This document shows, one piece after another, positions 1-9,647 of a stretch of 64,000 nucleotides of DNA. Under the pieces are notes generated by a model. It made no database searches, was not told the DNA's origin, and saw only the letters and a list, made by a program, of their open reading frames with translations. Position 1 is the stretch's first letter, and every line of letters begins with the position of its first letter. Made by a program: the position numbers and the translations under genes. The stretch is from Rhabdothermincola salaria (GTDB lineage: Bacteria; Actinomycetota; Acidimicrobiia; Acidimicrobiales; Acidimicrobilacustridaceae), in contig NZ_JAJQXW010000002.1 of NCBI RefSeq assembly GCF_021246445.1, positions 558,001 to 622,000 on the forward strand, in the 5' to 3' direction.

Positions 1-952
1 TGTCGACCAGCTCTTGGAGGATGACGAGCACGGTCGGGGACGAGCAGTTGCCGTGGTCGCGGAGGACCCGGCGCGATGCGGCGAGGTCGTCCGGGTCCAG
101 ACCCAGCCGGTCGCCCACGACGTCGACGATCCTGGGCCCGCCGGGGTGGATGGCCCAGCCGGCGACGTCACCGACGGCCAGCGCGTGCGGTGACAGCAGC
201 TCGCTCACGACGTCGGCGACGTGGCGGGCCAGCGCCGCCGGGACCCGGGGGGAGAGGCCCATGCGGAAGCCGTGGTCGGTGACGTCCCAGGTCATCTGGT
301 CGGCCCGGGTGGAGTCGGTGCGGGCCACCACGTCGACCATCTCGAACCCGGAGCCTCCGGGCGTCACGGCGACGGCGGCGGCCGCATCGGCGAAGAGGGC
401 GTGGGCGACGACCTGATCGAGCTGGTCGGAAGGTGGTTGCACGTGGAGGCTGCACAGCTCGAGGCACAGCAGCACGGCCGTCTTGCCCCGTGCGGTGGCC
501 GCGTCGGCGACGGTGGCGAGTCCCGGGATGGCGGCGTAGCAGCCCATGTGGCCGATGTGGACCCTCTGGGTGGAGACGTCCATGCCGAGGGTGTCGGCCA
601 GCCTGATGTCGAGCCCGGGCGTGCCGTAGCCGGTGCAGGACACGACGGCGAACAGGTCGACGTCGGTCGGCTCGAGGCCGGCGTCGGCCAGGCAGCCCTG
701 CACCGCTTCGGCCCCGAGCGGCATCGCCTCCTCCATGAACCGTTCCATGCGGGCGCCGGTGCCCCAGGTGCTCACGTCGGTGTCGGTCGGTACGACGACG
801 CCGCCCCGGGCCTCGACCCCGGAGTTGGCCCAGACCTGCTCGGCCCCACGGCGCTCGCCGAAGCGAGCCGCGAAGAACCGGTCCCACAGCTCGCCCTGGT
901 CGGTCGACGGGGGGAACGCCGAACCGAAGCCGGTGACGGTGCCCCTCACCAC
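1..952 (-). CDS. Type III polyketide synthase (chalcone/stilbene synthase family), 3' end truncated by window edge
   Basis: Not in the ORF track; translated by hand from GTG at 952, which has GGAGG upstream and overlaps the stop of the upstream gene. Shows VSCTGY, HMGCYAA (catalytic Cys), LELCSLH, ALFADAAAA, WAIHPGG (His) and HGNCSSPTV (Asn), a complete Cys-His-Asn triad. Confidence 0.93.
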   Translation of the reverse strand, partial: MVRGTVTGFGSAFPPSTDQGELWDRFFAARFGERRGAEQVWANSGVEARGGVVVPTDTDVSTWGTGARMERFMEEAMPLGAEAVQGCLADAGLEPTDVDLFAVVSCTGYGTPGLDIRLADTLGMDVSTQRVHIGHMGCYAAIPGLATVADAATARGKTAVLLCLELCSLHVQPPSDQLDQVVAHALFADAAAAVAVTPGGSGFEMVDVVARTDSTRADQMTWDVTDHGFRMGLSPRVPAALARHVADVVSELLSPHALAVGDVAGWAIHPGGPRIVDVVGDRLGLDPDDLAASRRVLRDHGNCSSPTVLVILQELVD

Positions 953-2121
953 GGGGGATCCTCCAGCGTGGTGGCGGGATCCAGACCGAGAGCGAGGGTT
1001 CCCAGGTGGTCGGCGCAGACGTCGCTCCGGGGCGGCATGACGGCGCCGAGGCGGGCGTCGCGCAGCATCCGCTCGAGCGGGTGGCCCCGCTGCAGCACCC
1101 GGAGCCCGCAGGCCTCGGCCACCGATCCGGCCGCGTCCATGGCGGCATCGCCGGCGAGCAGCTTGGCCCGGTAGACCCAGCGGTTCGTCTCCGGCTCGCC
1201 GGGTGCCCGGTCGACGGCGAGCGCCGCTCGTTCGACGGCCAGGACGGCCGCCTGAGCCGAGGCATCGGCGCGGCCGAGTCGGGAGCGGACGGCGCTGCTG
1301 ACGCCGGGGCGGTCCGTCAGCTCCTCCGCGCCCAGGCGCACGGCGGCCAGCGCCACGCCGGCGTAGACGGCGGCATAGGACGCGACGAGCCACTGGGGCA
1401 TCAGGTGGGCCAGGGCCACGGCGACGCCCTCGACGCCGAGGAGCGCCTGACGCGGCACCACGGTGTCGAGGGTGACGGTGAGGCTCTCGGTGGCGCGCAT
1501 CCCATGCGGATCCCATACCCCTGCCACCTCCACCCCATCGCCGGCGGGGACCAGGAAGTACGAGATCTTCCGGGGCTCGTCGCTCCGGGATCTCGCTGCC
1601 ACGAGGTAGGCGTCGGCGTGCGACGCCCCCGACGACGGCGACTTCACCCCCTGCAGCAGGTAGCCGTCGGGGTGGGGTTCGTAGGTGGTGCGGACCTGCG
1701 ACAGCCGTGAGCCGATGCCCGGTTCGCTGATGGCGACGGCGTGGAAGGACCCGTCGGCGGCGCGCCGCAGGGCCTGCTCGCGTTGGTCGCTGAAGTGCTC
1801 GTCGGCACCCAAGGCGGCGGCCACCTCGGGCGTGAGCCCGGCGAGGCCACCGGTGACCGACACGTGCATGTTGAACAGCAGGGCCGTGGCCGGGCTGGCT
1901 TCGGCGAGGACCATGGCCACCGCGACGTACTGGGCGAACCCGGCGCCGAGCCCGCCCATCTCCGTGGGCACCATCAGCCCGAGGAGGCCGGCGGCTCGCA
2001 GGTCTTCGACGTCGTCGGCGGGGAAGCCGGCGGTGGCGTCGTGGTGTGCGGCTCGCTCCGCCAGCTGGCGGGCCACGGCTGCGGCCCGCTCGGCGAGCTC
2101 CTCGTCGGTCACCGCGGTCAC
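946..2121 (-). CDS. Acyl-CoA dehydrogenase-fold flavoprotein (possible flavin-dependent hydroxylase)
   Basis: C-terminal part of ORF 946..2757. GTG at 2121 overlaps the methyltransferase stop (GTGA). Motifs GLLGLMVPTEMGGLG, AISEPG, WDPHGMRATES, LERMLRDAR. The C-terminus lacks the usual YEG catalytic Glu. Confidence 0.85.
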   Translation of the reverse strand: MTAVTDEELAERAAAVARQLAERAAHHDATAGFPADDVEDLRAAGLLGLMVPTEMGGLGAGFAQYVAVAMVLAEASPATALLFNMHVSVTGGLAGLTPEVAAALGADEHFSDQREQALRRAADGSFHAVAISEPGIGSRLSQVRTTYEPHPDGYLLQGVKSPSSGASHADAYLVAARSRSDEPRKISYFLVPAGDGVEVAGVWDPHGMRATESLTVTLDTVVPRQALLGVEGVAVALAHLMPQWLVASYAAVYAGVALAAVRLGAEELTDRPGVSSAVRSRLGRADASAQAAVLAVERAALAVDRAPGEPETNRWVYRAKLLAGDAAMDAAGSVAEACGLRVLQRGHPLERMLRDARLGAVMPPRSDVCADHLGTLALGLDPATTLEDPPW

Positions 2122-2828
2122 CGTTTCCGCCCGGTCCCGGCGTAGACCCCGTTGAGCGACCTCGTTCGGACCATGGTCACCCGGCCTCGGCGTCGGACGA
2201 GGAAGCGCAGGTACTCGGGCACCGAGGGCCGCAAGCCGTGCATGGTGACGTCGACGCCGTGGTCGGCGAAGAGGGCGCGGAGTCGGTCGGGAGCGACGAA
2301 GAGGGCTGGGTCGTGGATGCGGGGCGGGGGCCCTCCCGGCAGGCGTTCGGCGACGGTGACCAGCGCCGTCCGGGCGAACCTGGTGTCGTTGAGGGTGTCG
2401 AACACGACGGTGCCGCCGGGGCGCAGCACGCGAGCGATCTCGGCGACGACCGGCTCGAGGGGCCGCACGTGCTCGAACAGCTCGCCGGCCAGGACCACGT
2501 CGGCGGAGGCGGTGGCGAGGGGCACGGCGCGCACGTCGGCCTGGGCCGCCATCACCCCCCTGCGTCGGGCGACGTGGAGCGCAGAACGGGTGAGGTCCAG
2601 GCCTATGTGGTGGTAGCCGTCGAGATGCGCGGCCATGAGGCCGCCGCCCGTGCCCAGGTCCACGGCCACCGCGCCGGGCTCGGGGGCGGGCACCAGGCGC
2701 CCACGGGCTTCGGCGAGCCAGTGCAGGGCCGCGAAGGGGCCGCCGCCGTCCCACCACGTCTCGGCCAGGTCGTCGTACTGGCGCAGGTCGTTGCGGGGTC
2801 GTACCGGTGCAGCTCTCGTCGAGCTCAT
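2118..2828 (-). CDS. SAM-dependent O-methyltransferase, UbiG-like
   Basis: YDDLAETWWDGGGPFAALH is a UbiG-like N-terminus; VDLGTGGG is SAM motif I; also ELFEHV and LRPGG. ATG at 2828. Confidence 0.88.
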   Translation of the reverse strand: MSSTRAAPVRPRNDLRQYDDLAETWWDGGGPFAALHWLAEARGRLVPAPEPGAVAVDLGTGGGLMAAHLDGYHHIGLDLTRSALHVARRRGVMAAQADVRAVPLATASADVVLAGELFEHVRPLEPVVAEIARVLRPGGTVVFDTLNDTRFARTALVTVAERLPGGPPPRIHDPALFVAPDRLRALFADHGVDVTMHGLRPSVPEYLRFLVRRRGRVTMVRTRSLNGVYAGTGRKR

Positions 2829-2928
2829 CCGCCGAGTATCACCGCCCCGCGTCGTCGGTGCCGGGCCGACGGCCCGATTCGGTCGGCGGGACCGCTCGCG
2901 CCGCCGGAGCTGGGGGATACTCGCCGGC

Positions 2929-3747
2929 GTGCGAGGCCTGCTGCGGGCGAGCCACTTCCAGCCCACCGTCGTCGTCACCGCCATTACCGCCACGCTGGCG
3001 TCCATCGTCGGACGGGGCGCTCCGGGTGTGGCGGCGGTGGTGGCTGCCGTGCTGGCGGGGCAGCTGTCGGTGGGGTGGAGCAACGACTGGGCCGACCGTG
3101 ACCGGGACCGCAGGGCCGGTCGCCGGGACAAGCCGATCGTGGCCGGTGCGGTGGCGTCCACCACGGTGGGACGAGCAGCGATCATCGCCCTCGTGCTCAC
3201 CGTGCCGTTGTCCATGCTCTCGGGGTGGCGGGCCGGTGTCGTGCACGTCGCCGCCGTCCTCGCCGCGTGGGCCTACAACCTGGGGCTGAAGCGGACGGTG
3301 GCCAGTGCCGCGTGCTACCTCGTGGCCTTCGGGCTCCTGCCCGCCTTCGTGACGCTCGGGCTGCCCGGCCACCCCTGGCCTCCCGCCTGGGCCACCGTCG
3401 CTGCCGCCCTCATGGGTGCCGGTGCCCACTTCGTCAACGGCCTGGCCGATCGGGAGTCCGACGCTCGCACGGGCGTCCGCGGCCTGCCCCAGCGGATCTC
3501 CTACCTCGGCGGGTTGCTCATCGGCGCCGGACTGCTCGGGGTGGCGCTGGCGCTGATCGCCGTCGGGCCCCCGGATGGCCCGTCGGCCGGCACCGCTGCG
3601 CTGCTGGCCGTGGGCTCCGTCGCTCTCGTCGCCGTCGTGGTCGCCGCCTTGACGGGACGTGAGCGCGCCGCATGGTCGCTCACGCTCGTCACCGCAGTCA
3701 GCGCGGTCGTGGCGCTCGTGCTCAACGGCGACGCGCTCGTCGTCTGA
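2929..3747 (+). CDS. UbiA-family prenyltransferase
   Basis: Multi-TM protein with Asp-rich motifs SNDWADRDRD...KPI and NGLADRESD, plus YNLGLK. Start chosen at GTG 2929 within ORF 2635..3747 (uncertain). Confidence 0.88.
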   Translation: MRGLLRASHFQPTVVVTAITATLASIVGRGAPGVAAVVAAVLAGQLSVGWSNDWADRDRDRRAGRRDKPIVAGAVASTTVGRAAIIALVLTVPLSMLSGWRAGVVHVAAVLAAWAYNLGLKRTVASAACYLVAFGLLPAFVTLGLPGHPWPPAWATVAAALMGAGAHFVNGLADRESDARTGVRGLPQRISYLGGLLIGAGLLGVALALIAVGPPDGPSAGTAALLAVGSVALVAVVVAALTGRERAAWSLTLVTAVSAVVALVLNGDALVV

Positions 3748-3813
3748 GGCTGGGGTCCGGGCGGAGCCCCACCGACTGCCCGTGAGAGCGGTGGTCCTGA
3801 CCGACGGCGGCCG

Positions 3814-4212
3814 CTAGAGCGAGCGGCGCCACGTGGACTCGCCGGGCCGACCGCGTTGCAGGATGGAGCTCACCTCGCCTTTGAGGCCACCGTCGAGGGC
3901 GACGAACTCGACGCCGTACCGAAGGATTCCTGACCGCTCGGTCTCCTGGGCGCGCCGGATCCGCACGACCGAGTCGCCACCACAGGCTCGAATCGTCACC
4001 TCGGCACCGGTGCGCAGACCTGATTCGGCCGGTCCTTCGATGGCCGCACCCGTGATGGAGACGTCGAGCACTCGCCCCGACTGCTCCCTGACGACGCGGC
4101 GGCGACGACCGAACCGTCCGGACTCCTCGGCGGGGACGAGCCAGGTGACCTCGATGGGCTCGATCGGAACGCGTTCTCCGATTCGTCGCTCGTAGGGTCC
4201 TGGCCTCTCCAT
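3814..4212 (-). CDS. Stand-alone PilZ-domain protein (c-di-GMP receptor candidate)
   Basis: ERRIGER (RxxxR) and DVSITG (DxSxxG) motifs, plus YGVEF; ATG at 4212. Confidence 0.82.
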   Translation of the reverse strand: MERPGPYERRIGERVPIEPIEVTWLVPAEESGRFGRRRRVVREQSGRVLDVSITGAAIEGPAESGLRTGAEVTIRACGGDSVVRIRRAQETERSGILRYGVEFVALDGGLKGEVSSILQRGRPGESTWRRSL

Positions 4213-4306
4213 GCAATGAGACGTCGGCGCGTTGCGCGCCATTCTGAAACACCGGCCCAGTCCAGGTCGTCGCAGATGTCGGGCACGGGCCCCGTGGGAC
4301 CGTGGC

Positions 4307-5767
4307 TCAGGCTCTGTTGGCGGCGACGCTGGCTTCGATCGCGGCGGCCACCTGCTCGCGGCGCTGGGCGGGTGTGCGCTCGGCGGGTGAGATCGTGGAA
4401 TCCTGCAGGAACGCCGGCATGGTGACGGGCCGCCGCGCCGACGCCGCCACGGGTATCTCGCCACCCCGGTCGTCGGTGTGGGTGAAGTACATGTGGGCGA
4501 TGCGGTTGATCATCTCGGCGTGCAGCTCGAGGGGCAGATCCTCGAAGCTGCAGATCGAGCTGAGGATCTTGCAGACCGCCGCCGGGAGGTAGGGCCGCAG
4601 GTCGCCGTCGCCGAGCTCGCGGCTGGTGCGGCGGAGGTGCTCGGCGGCGCCGGGGGCGAGCGTGACCCCGGTGTGGTCACAGACGCGGCGCAGGATCTCG
4701 TCGAACGCCTGGTCGTCGATGGACGGGATCAGCACCTTGGACTGGATGCGGCGGAAGAACGCCTCGTCGCCGAGCGTCTCGGGCTGGAGGTTGGTCGAGA
4801 ACACGATCTTGACGTCGAAGGGGATGTCGAACTTCACGCCGTGGTCGAGCATCAGGTGGTCGCGCTGGCGGTCGAGGGGGACGATCCAGCGGTTGAGCAG
4901 CGCCTCGGGGCTGAGGTGGGCCTGGCGGCCGAAGTCGTCGATCACCAGGATCCCGTTGTTGGCCTGCATCTGCACCGGCGCCACGTAGGTGCCGCTGTCG
5001 CGCTGGTACTTGAGGTCGAGCATCTCCGGTCCGAGCTCGCCTCCGAGGATGAGGCAGGGGCGGTGGCACAGGACCCAACGGGGGTCGATGCCGCTGGGCT
5101 GGGGATCGACCGGTGTGTGCACGACGGGATCGAGCACCGTGATGATCTGGCCGTCGACCTCGACGGCATGGGGGACGAGGACGAGGTCTCCGTAGATCCG
5201 CAGGAGACGCTCGGCGATGGACGACTTGCCGGTGCCGGGTGGGCCGTAGAGGAACATCGCCCCGCCGGCGATGGCGGCGGGTCCCAGCTCGCGCAGGAGG
5301 TCGTCGCTGATGACGAGGTCCGAGAAGGCTGTCCTCAACGCCGCCAGGTCCACCTTGGGGCTGGCGTGCTGCTTGCGGATCACGTCGGTGTAGGCCGCCA
5401 GGGGCACCGGGACGGGCCCGACGTAGCGCGAGAGCTGCATGCGGTCGTTGGCCTGCTGGCGACCGGCGATGGTCGGCGCGAGCAGGTAGTCGCGGCCGTC
5501 GATGCCCTGCACCTCGACGAACTGCAGGTCGCGCAGCTCCTCGACCACCTTGGTCATCAGCCAGGGCCCGATCCGCAGCTTGGCACTCAACCGGGTGGTG
5601 GAGGTCCGGCCCATGGCCACTGCTTGGCGGAGCACGATGTCGTGCACCAGCGCTTCCGGAACGCCCAGGTCCTCGAGCGTGCGCGGGTGGCCGACGTCGA
5701 TGTCGGCGGCCGGTTGCCAGTCCATCAAAAGGGGGCTCCTAAGGTCATGTGACGCGTTCCTTGACAT
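4307..5767 (-). CDS. AAA+ ATPase with N-terminal wHTH-like region, function unknown
   Basis: Walker A GPPGTGKS, Walker B ILVIDDFGRQ, sensor STN and FFRRI arginine finger; C-terminal part of ORF 4307..6811. Confidence 0.82.
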   Translation of the reverse strand: MSRNASHDLRSPLLMDWQPAADIDVGHPRTLEDLGVPEALVHDIVLRQAVAMGRTSTTRLSAKLRIGPWLMTKVVEELRDLQFVEVQGIDGRDYLLAPTIAGRQQANDRMQLSRYVGPVPVPLAAYTDVIRKQHASPKVDLAALRTAFSDLVISDDLLRELGPAAIAGGAMFLYGPPGTGKSSIAERLLRIYGDLVLVPHAVEVDGQIITVLDPVVHTPVDPQPSGIDPRWVLCHRPCLILGGELGPEMLDLKYQRDSGTYVAPVQMQANNGILVIDDFGRQAHLSPEALLNRWIVPLDRQRDHLMLDHGVKFDIPFDVKIVFSTNLQPETLGDEAFFRRIQSKVLIPSIDDQAFDEILRRVCDHTGVTLAPGAAEHLRRTSRELGDGDLRPYLPAAVCKILSSICSFEDLPLELHAEMINRIAHMYFTHTDDRGGEIPVAASARRPVTMPAFLQDSTISPAERTPAQRREQVAAAIEASVAANRA

Positions 5768-5899
5768 CGGCGCGCCGCGCCGCCGGGTTGAGTGCAGCCC
5801 CGGAGCGTGGCGGCGTCCCTGGTGGTCCTCGGCACAGCCGCCCGAGCTGGTTCGTCGTCGGTGCGTCGCAACGGGAAGCGTGTCTACGGTGTCGCACCC

Positions 5900-6721
5900 A
5901 TGAGCGCTGATCGCAACGACCTCGTCCTGATCGACAAGCCGCGGCCCCACACCACCGTCATCACGCTGAACCGGCCCGAGCGGATGAACTCGATGGCCTT
6001 CCAGCTGATGGTGCCCTTCGCCGAGGCGCTCGAGGAGGTGGGGGCCGACAACGACACCACCTGCGTGATCCTCACCGGTGCCGGTCGTGGCTTCTGCTCC
6101 GGAGCCGACACCAGCGACGACGGCGGCCCGCCCCCCAACATCGACGGCCTGACCCTCACCCGCATCGCCACCAAGTCGATGTCGCTGCTGGCCGACCTGG
6201 TGCCGGCCATGCAGCGCATGCAGCAGCCCGTGATCTGCGCGGTCAACGGCGCCGCCATCGGCGGGGGGATGTGCCTCACGCTGGGCGCCGACATCCGCCT
6301 CGCCGGCGAGTCCGCCTACTTCCGTGCGGCGGGCATCAACAACGGCCTGACCGCGACCGAGCTCGGTCTCAGCTTCTTGTTGCCCCGGGCCATCGGGTCG
6401 TCGCGGGCGTTCGAGTTCATGCTGTCCGGGCGTGACATCGACGCCCACGAGGCGGCCGAGATCGGTCTCGTGTCTCGGGTGGTCCCCGACGAGGACCTGA
6501 TGACCGAGGCGCTCGATCTCGCCGACCGGATCAACGGCTGGAGCACCCAGGGCATCTCGCTGACCAAGCGGGCCATGTGGGCCGGCCTCGAGATGGGCAG
6601 CCTGCGGGCCGCCATCGAGATGGAGACGCACACCCAGCTGTTCGTGCGCCTCACGACGAAGAACTTCGAGGAGGGCGTGCGGGCCCGCAAGGAAGGCCGC
6701 CCACCCGAGTTCCAGGACTGA
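5900..6721 (+). CDS. Enoyl-CoA hydratase/isomerase (crotonase) family protein
   Basis: ITLNRPERMN, GAGRGFCSGAD, QPVICAVNGAAIGGG, ADIRLA. Confidence 0.92.
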   Translation: MSADRNDLVLIDKPRPHTTVITLNRPERMNSMAFQLMVPFAEALEEVGADNDTTCVILTGAGRGFCSGADTSDDGGPPPNIDGLTLTRIATKSMSLLADLVPAMQRMQQPVICAVNGAAIGGGMCLTLGADIRLAGESAYFRAAGINNGLTATELGLSFLLPRAIGSSRAFEFMLSGRDIDAHEAAEIGLVSRVVPDEDLMTEALDLADRINGWSTQGISLTKRAMWAGLEMGSLRAAIEMETHTQLFVRLTTKNFEEGVRARKEGRPPEFQD

Positions 6722-6865
6722 TCTCGCGCTCGCCCCGCCGTGGTCGGGCCCCGCTGGGCGGCGGAACGAACGGGGTGCGGGCGCGTCAGGAGCCTTGCGC
6801 CACGGTGACACGGCGCGGCGTGACAGCGATCGGAGTCAAGAGGACTCGTTGGGTCGACCCGCTGC

Positions 6866-6922
6866 CAACAGCCCGGACCGTGATGCAGGTCCGGACTGTC
6901 CTCGATGTCTCGCGACATCACA
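6866..6922 (+). mobile_element. Putative orphan right end of an IS481-family element next to the tRNA-Gly 3' end
   Basis: Hairpin CCGGACC...GGTCCGG followed by GATGTCTCGCGACATCACA. This resembles, from memory, actinobacterial IS481 termini ending ...GACATCACA. No transposase ORF is adjacent. Confidence 0.45.
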
Positions 6923-6927
6923 ATGGA

Positions 6928-7001
6928 TGGAGCGGGTGACGGGAATCGAACCCGCGTTCTCAGCTTGGGAAGCTGATGTTCTGCCTCTGAACTACACCCG
7001 C
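6928..7001 (-). tRNA. tRNA-Gly (CCC)
   Basis: Reverse complement GCGGGTGTAGTTCAGAGGCAGAACATCAGCTTCCCAAGCTGAGAACGCGGGTTCGATTCCCGTCACCCGCTCCA: cloverleaf, anticodon CCC, encoded CCA. Confidence 0.97.
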
Positions 7002-7155
7002 GGGTGTCGCCGTGGCGACGACCTACGCCGCAACTCTAGACGACCCTCCTGTGGTCGGAGCCAGCGCCGCACCCGGTGACCGGGCGGGTCGTCGCTCCGC
7101 CACGATCCCTAGAGTGTCGCCACCGACCACACACACACCCGGGGGAAGCGCACCG

Positions 7156-7602
7156 ATGACCATGAGCCTGCAGGAGATCTCCGACCGCATGGAGATCCAG
7201 GACCTGTTGGTGGCCTACAGCTACGCCATCGACACCCGCGACTGGGACGCCCTCGACGGGATCTTCACCCCCGACGCCCACATCGACTACACGGCCTTCG
7301 GGGGCAGCGCCGGGAACGTGGCCGAGACCAAGGCGTTCCTGGCCGAGGCCATGCCGATGTTCAGCTCCTTCCAGCACATGGTGTCGACCTCCAAGATCGA
7401 GATCGACGGCGACACCGCCCACGTCAAGACCATCTGCCACAACCCGATGGTCATGAAGCTCGGCGACGACAAGGTGCAGGTCTTCTACTGCGGGCTCTGG
7501 TACGTCGACGAGATGGTGCGGACCTCCGACGGCTGGCGCATCAAGCACCGCGCCGAGGAGAAGTCCTACGTGCACAACATGCCCGGCGTCGGCGACTCCT
7601 GA
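7156..7602 (+). CDS. NTF2/SnoaL-like family protein
   Basis: DRMEIQDLLVAYSYAIDTRDWDAL...FTPDA...YVDEMVRTSDGWRI pattern. Confidence 0.87.
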   Translation: MTMSLQEISDRMEIQDLLVAYSYAIDTRDWDALDGIFTPDAHIDYTAFGGSAGNVAETKAFLAEAMPMFSSFQHMVSTSKIEIDGDTAHVKTICHNPMVMKLGDDKVQVFYCGLWYVDEMVRTSDGWRIKHRAEEKSYVHNMPGVGDS

Positions 7603-7674
7603 GCGGTCGCGGAGCCCGGCTGGGGGCCGACCCGTCAGGGTCGGCCGGGGGCCGGGGGAGCGCGACCGTCGAGC

Positions 7675-8511
7675 TCAGCGGATGCGGTCCCAGACCAGGT
7701 CGCTGGCCGTGTCGGGGTCCAGCCAGGTGGCCGGGTCGACCTGGTCGACGTGGCCGATCAGCCCCCGGTAGATCCCGTAGCCCACCATGCGCCGCAGCCG
7801 CGGCGGGAAGGCGGCCACCTGCTCGGGTGAGAGGGCCAGCAGCTGGTTCTCCTCGTGGCGCACCCAGCCGGCGCAGTAGTTCGACACGAGGCCCATGCGG
7901 CGGGCATCGGAGCGGTTCTCGCCGCCCCCGTGCCACACCGACCCGTTGTAGACGAGCACGCTGCCGGCCGGCATCGTCGCCTCCACCAGCTCGTCGGGCT
8001 GCTCACCCTTGCGGGGGATGCGGTCGGCCCGGTGCGAACCGGGCACCAGGCGGGTGGCCCCGTTCTCCTCGGTGAAGTCGGTGAGCGCCCAGATGGCCAC
8101 GCACGTGATCGGCACGTGCGGGCGGGGCAGCGGGATGGACCCGTCGTCGGCGTGGAACGGCTGGGGTGCCTGGCCCGGGTTCATCTCGATGGCGGTCATC
8201 GACGACACCAGCAGCCCCTCGTCGAGGACGCCGGAGGCCACGTCGAGCACCGGTTCGAACACCGGCACCCGGGCGAACGCCGGATCGCGGGCCAGCAGGT
8301 TGAACAGCCGCCGGGTGTGGTGGCCGAGGAAGGTGTTGGTGCCGTAGGCGGTGCCCTGGCGGGCCATGGCGACGTCCACCCGCTCCACCAGCTCGGCCAC
8401 CAGGTCGTCGGGCACCACCCGCTCGAGGATGGTGTAGCCGTCCCTGGTGATCTGCTCGACGGCCTCGGCCGTCGAGGGGCGGGTCGTGTCGCTGGTCGTC
8501 TCGTCGGTCAC
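7675..8511 (-). CDS. Phytanoyl-CoA dioxygenase (Fe(II)/2-OG) family protein
   Basis: RDGY near the N-terminus, HAD (HxD), [19 protein letters not shown]...RR; GTG start at 8511 within ORF 7675..9165. Confidence 0.9.
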   Translation of the reverse strand: MTDETTSDTTRPSTAEAVEQITRDGYTILERVVPDDLVAELVERVDVAMARQGTAYGTNTFLGHHTRRLFNLLARDPAFARVPVFEPVLDVASGVLDEGLLVSSMTAIEMNPGQAPQPFHADDGSIPLPRPHVPITCVAIWALTDFTEENGATRLVPGSHRADRIPRKGEQPDELVEATMPAGSVLVYNGSVWHGGGENRSDARRMGLVSNYCAGWVRHEENQLLALSPEQVAAFPPRLRRMVGYGIYRGLIGHVDQVDPATWLDPDTASDLVWDRIR

Positions 8512-8583
8512 GGTCGTGGTCCCCCTTCGTGGCCCCAGGGTGCCACGCCGCCGACCCGCCGACGGCGAGTAGCGTGCCCCAAC

Positions 8584-9144
8584 GTGATCCTCTCCGACCG
8601 CACCATCCGCGAGGAGCTCGCCGCCGGGCGCATCGAGATCGACCCGCTCGACGAGACGTGCATCCAGCCCTCCTCCGTCGACTTGCACATCGATCGCTAC
8701 TTCCGGGTGTTCCGGAACCACACGATGGGCTACATCGACGTCAAGGCCAACCTCGAGGACCTCACCGAGCTGGTCGAGATCAACGCCGAGGACGTCTTCA
8801 TCCTCCACCCCGGCGAGTTCGTGCTGGGCTCCACCAGCGAGCGGGTGCGCCTCCCCGCCGACCTGGTGGCCCGCCTCGAGGGCAAGTCCAGCCTCGGTCG
8901 CCTGGGTCTGCTCATCCACTCCACCGCCGGGTTCGTCGACGCCGGTTGGGACGGCCAGCTCACGCTCGAGCTCTCCAACGTGGCCAACCTGCCCATCACC
9001 CTCTACCCGGGCATGAAGATCGGCCAGATCAGCTTCATCCGCATGACCAGCGAGGCCGAGCACCCGTACGGCTCCAGTTCGGTCGGCTCGAAGTACCAGG
9101 GCCAGGTCGGCCCTCGGCCCAGCCGGTACTGGGAGAACTTCTAG
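8584..9144 (+). CDS. dcd: dCTP deaminase
   Basis: [52 protein letters not shown]. Confidence 0.97.
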   Translation: MILSDRTIREELAAGRIEIDPLDETCIQPSSVDLHIDRYFRVFRNHTMGYIDVKANLEDLTELVEINAEDVFILHPGEFVLGSTSERVRLPADLVARLEGKSSLGRLGLLIHSTAGFVDAGWDGQLTLELSNVANLPITLYPGMKIGQISFIRMTSEAEHPYGSSSVGSKYQGQVGPRPSRYWENF

Positions 9145-9191
9145 GCCCACGCCTGCTCGGGCCATCCGTCGACCATCCGTCGAGCGGAGGG

Positions 9192-9647
9192 TCAGGCGGG
9201 GGCGTCGGGGACCGTGAGCCCGATCTGGCCCTGGCGATGGCCGTCGCGCTCGGCGGCGGGCCGGTCGACGGCGGCGCGCAGCTGCTCGATCAGGTCGTCG
9301 GCCCGGAAGGGCCGGGTGAGGAACCCGTCGGTGCCCGAGATCCAGGCCTGGGCCCGGATGTCGTCGCGCCAGCTGCAGATCACCAGCGGGGTGGCGCCGG
9401 CGGCGCCGGGGACACCCCGGGTGCGGTGCAGCATCTCGAGGTTGCCGGCGCCGGCGTCGGCGGCCATGTCGACCACGATGCCCACGTAGGCGGGCGAGGC
9501 GTCGGCCAGCTCCTCGACGGCGGCGTCGATGGAGAAGGCCAGGTCGGAGCGCCAGCCGGCCCGATCGATCAGCCGGGAGAGCAGCTCGCCGGCGTCTCGG
9601 TCGTCGGCGACGACCAGGACCTTGGGGGCCTCAGTCGTCCACGACAC
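9192..9647 (-). CDS. Single-domain response regulator (atypical receiver)
   Basis: VLVVADD, IVVD acceptor position, GFLTRPF (conserved Lys replaced by Arg). Overlaps the stop of the upstream Fe-S gene. Confidence 0.75.
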   Translation of the reverse strand: MSWTTEAPKVLVVADDRDAGELLSRLIDRAGWRSDLAFSIDAAVEELADASPAYVGIVVDMAADAGAGNLEMLHRTRGVPGAAGATPLVICSWRDDIRAQAWISGTDGFLTRPFRADDLIEQLRAAVDRPAAERDGHRQGQIGLTVPDAPA

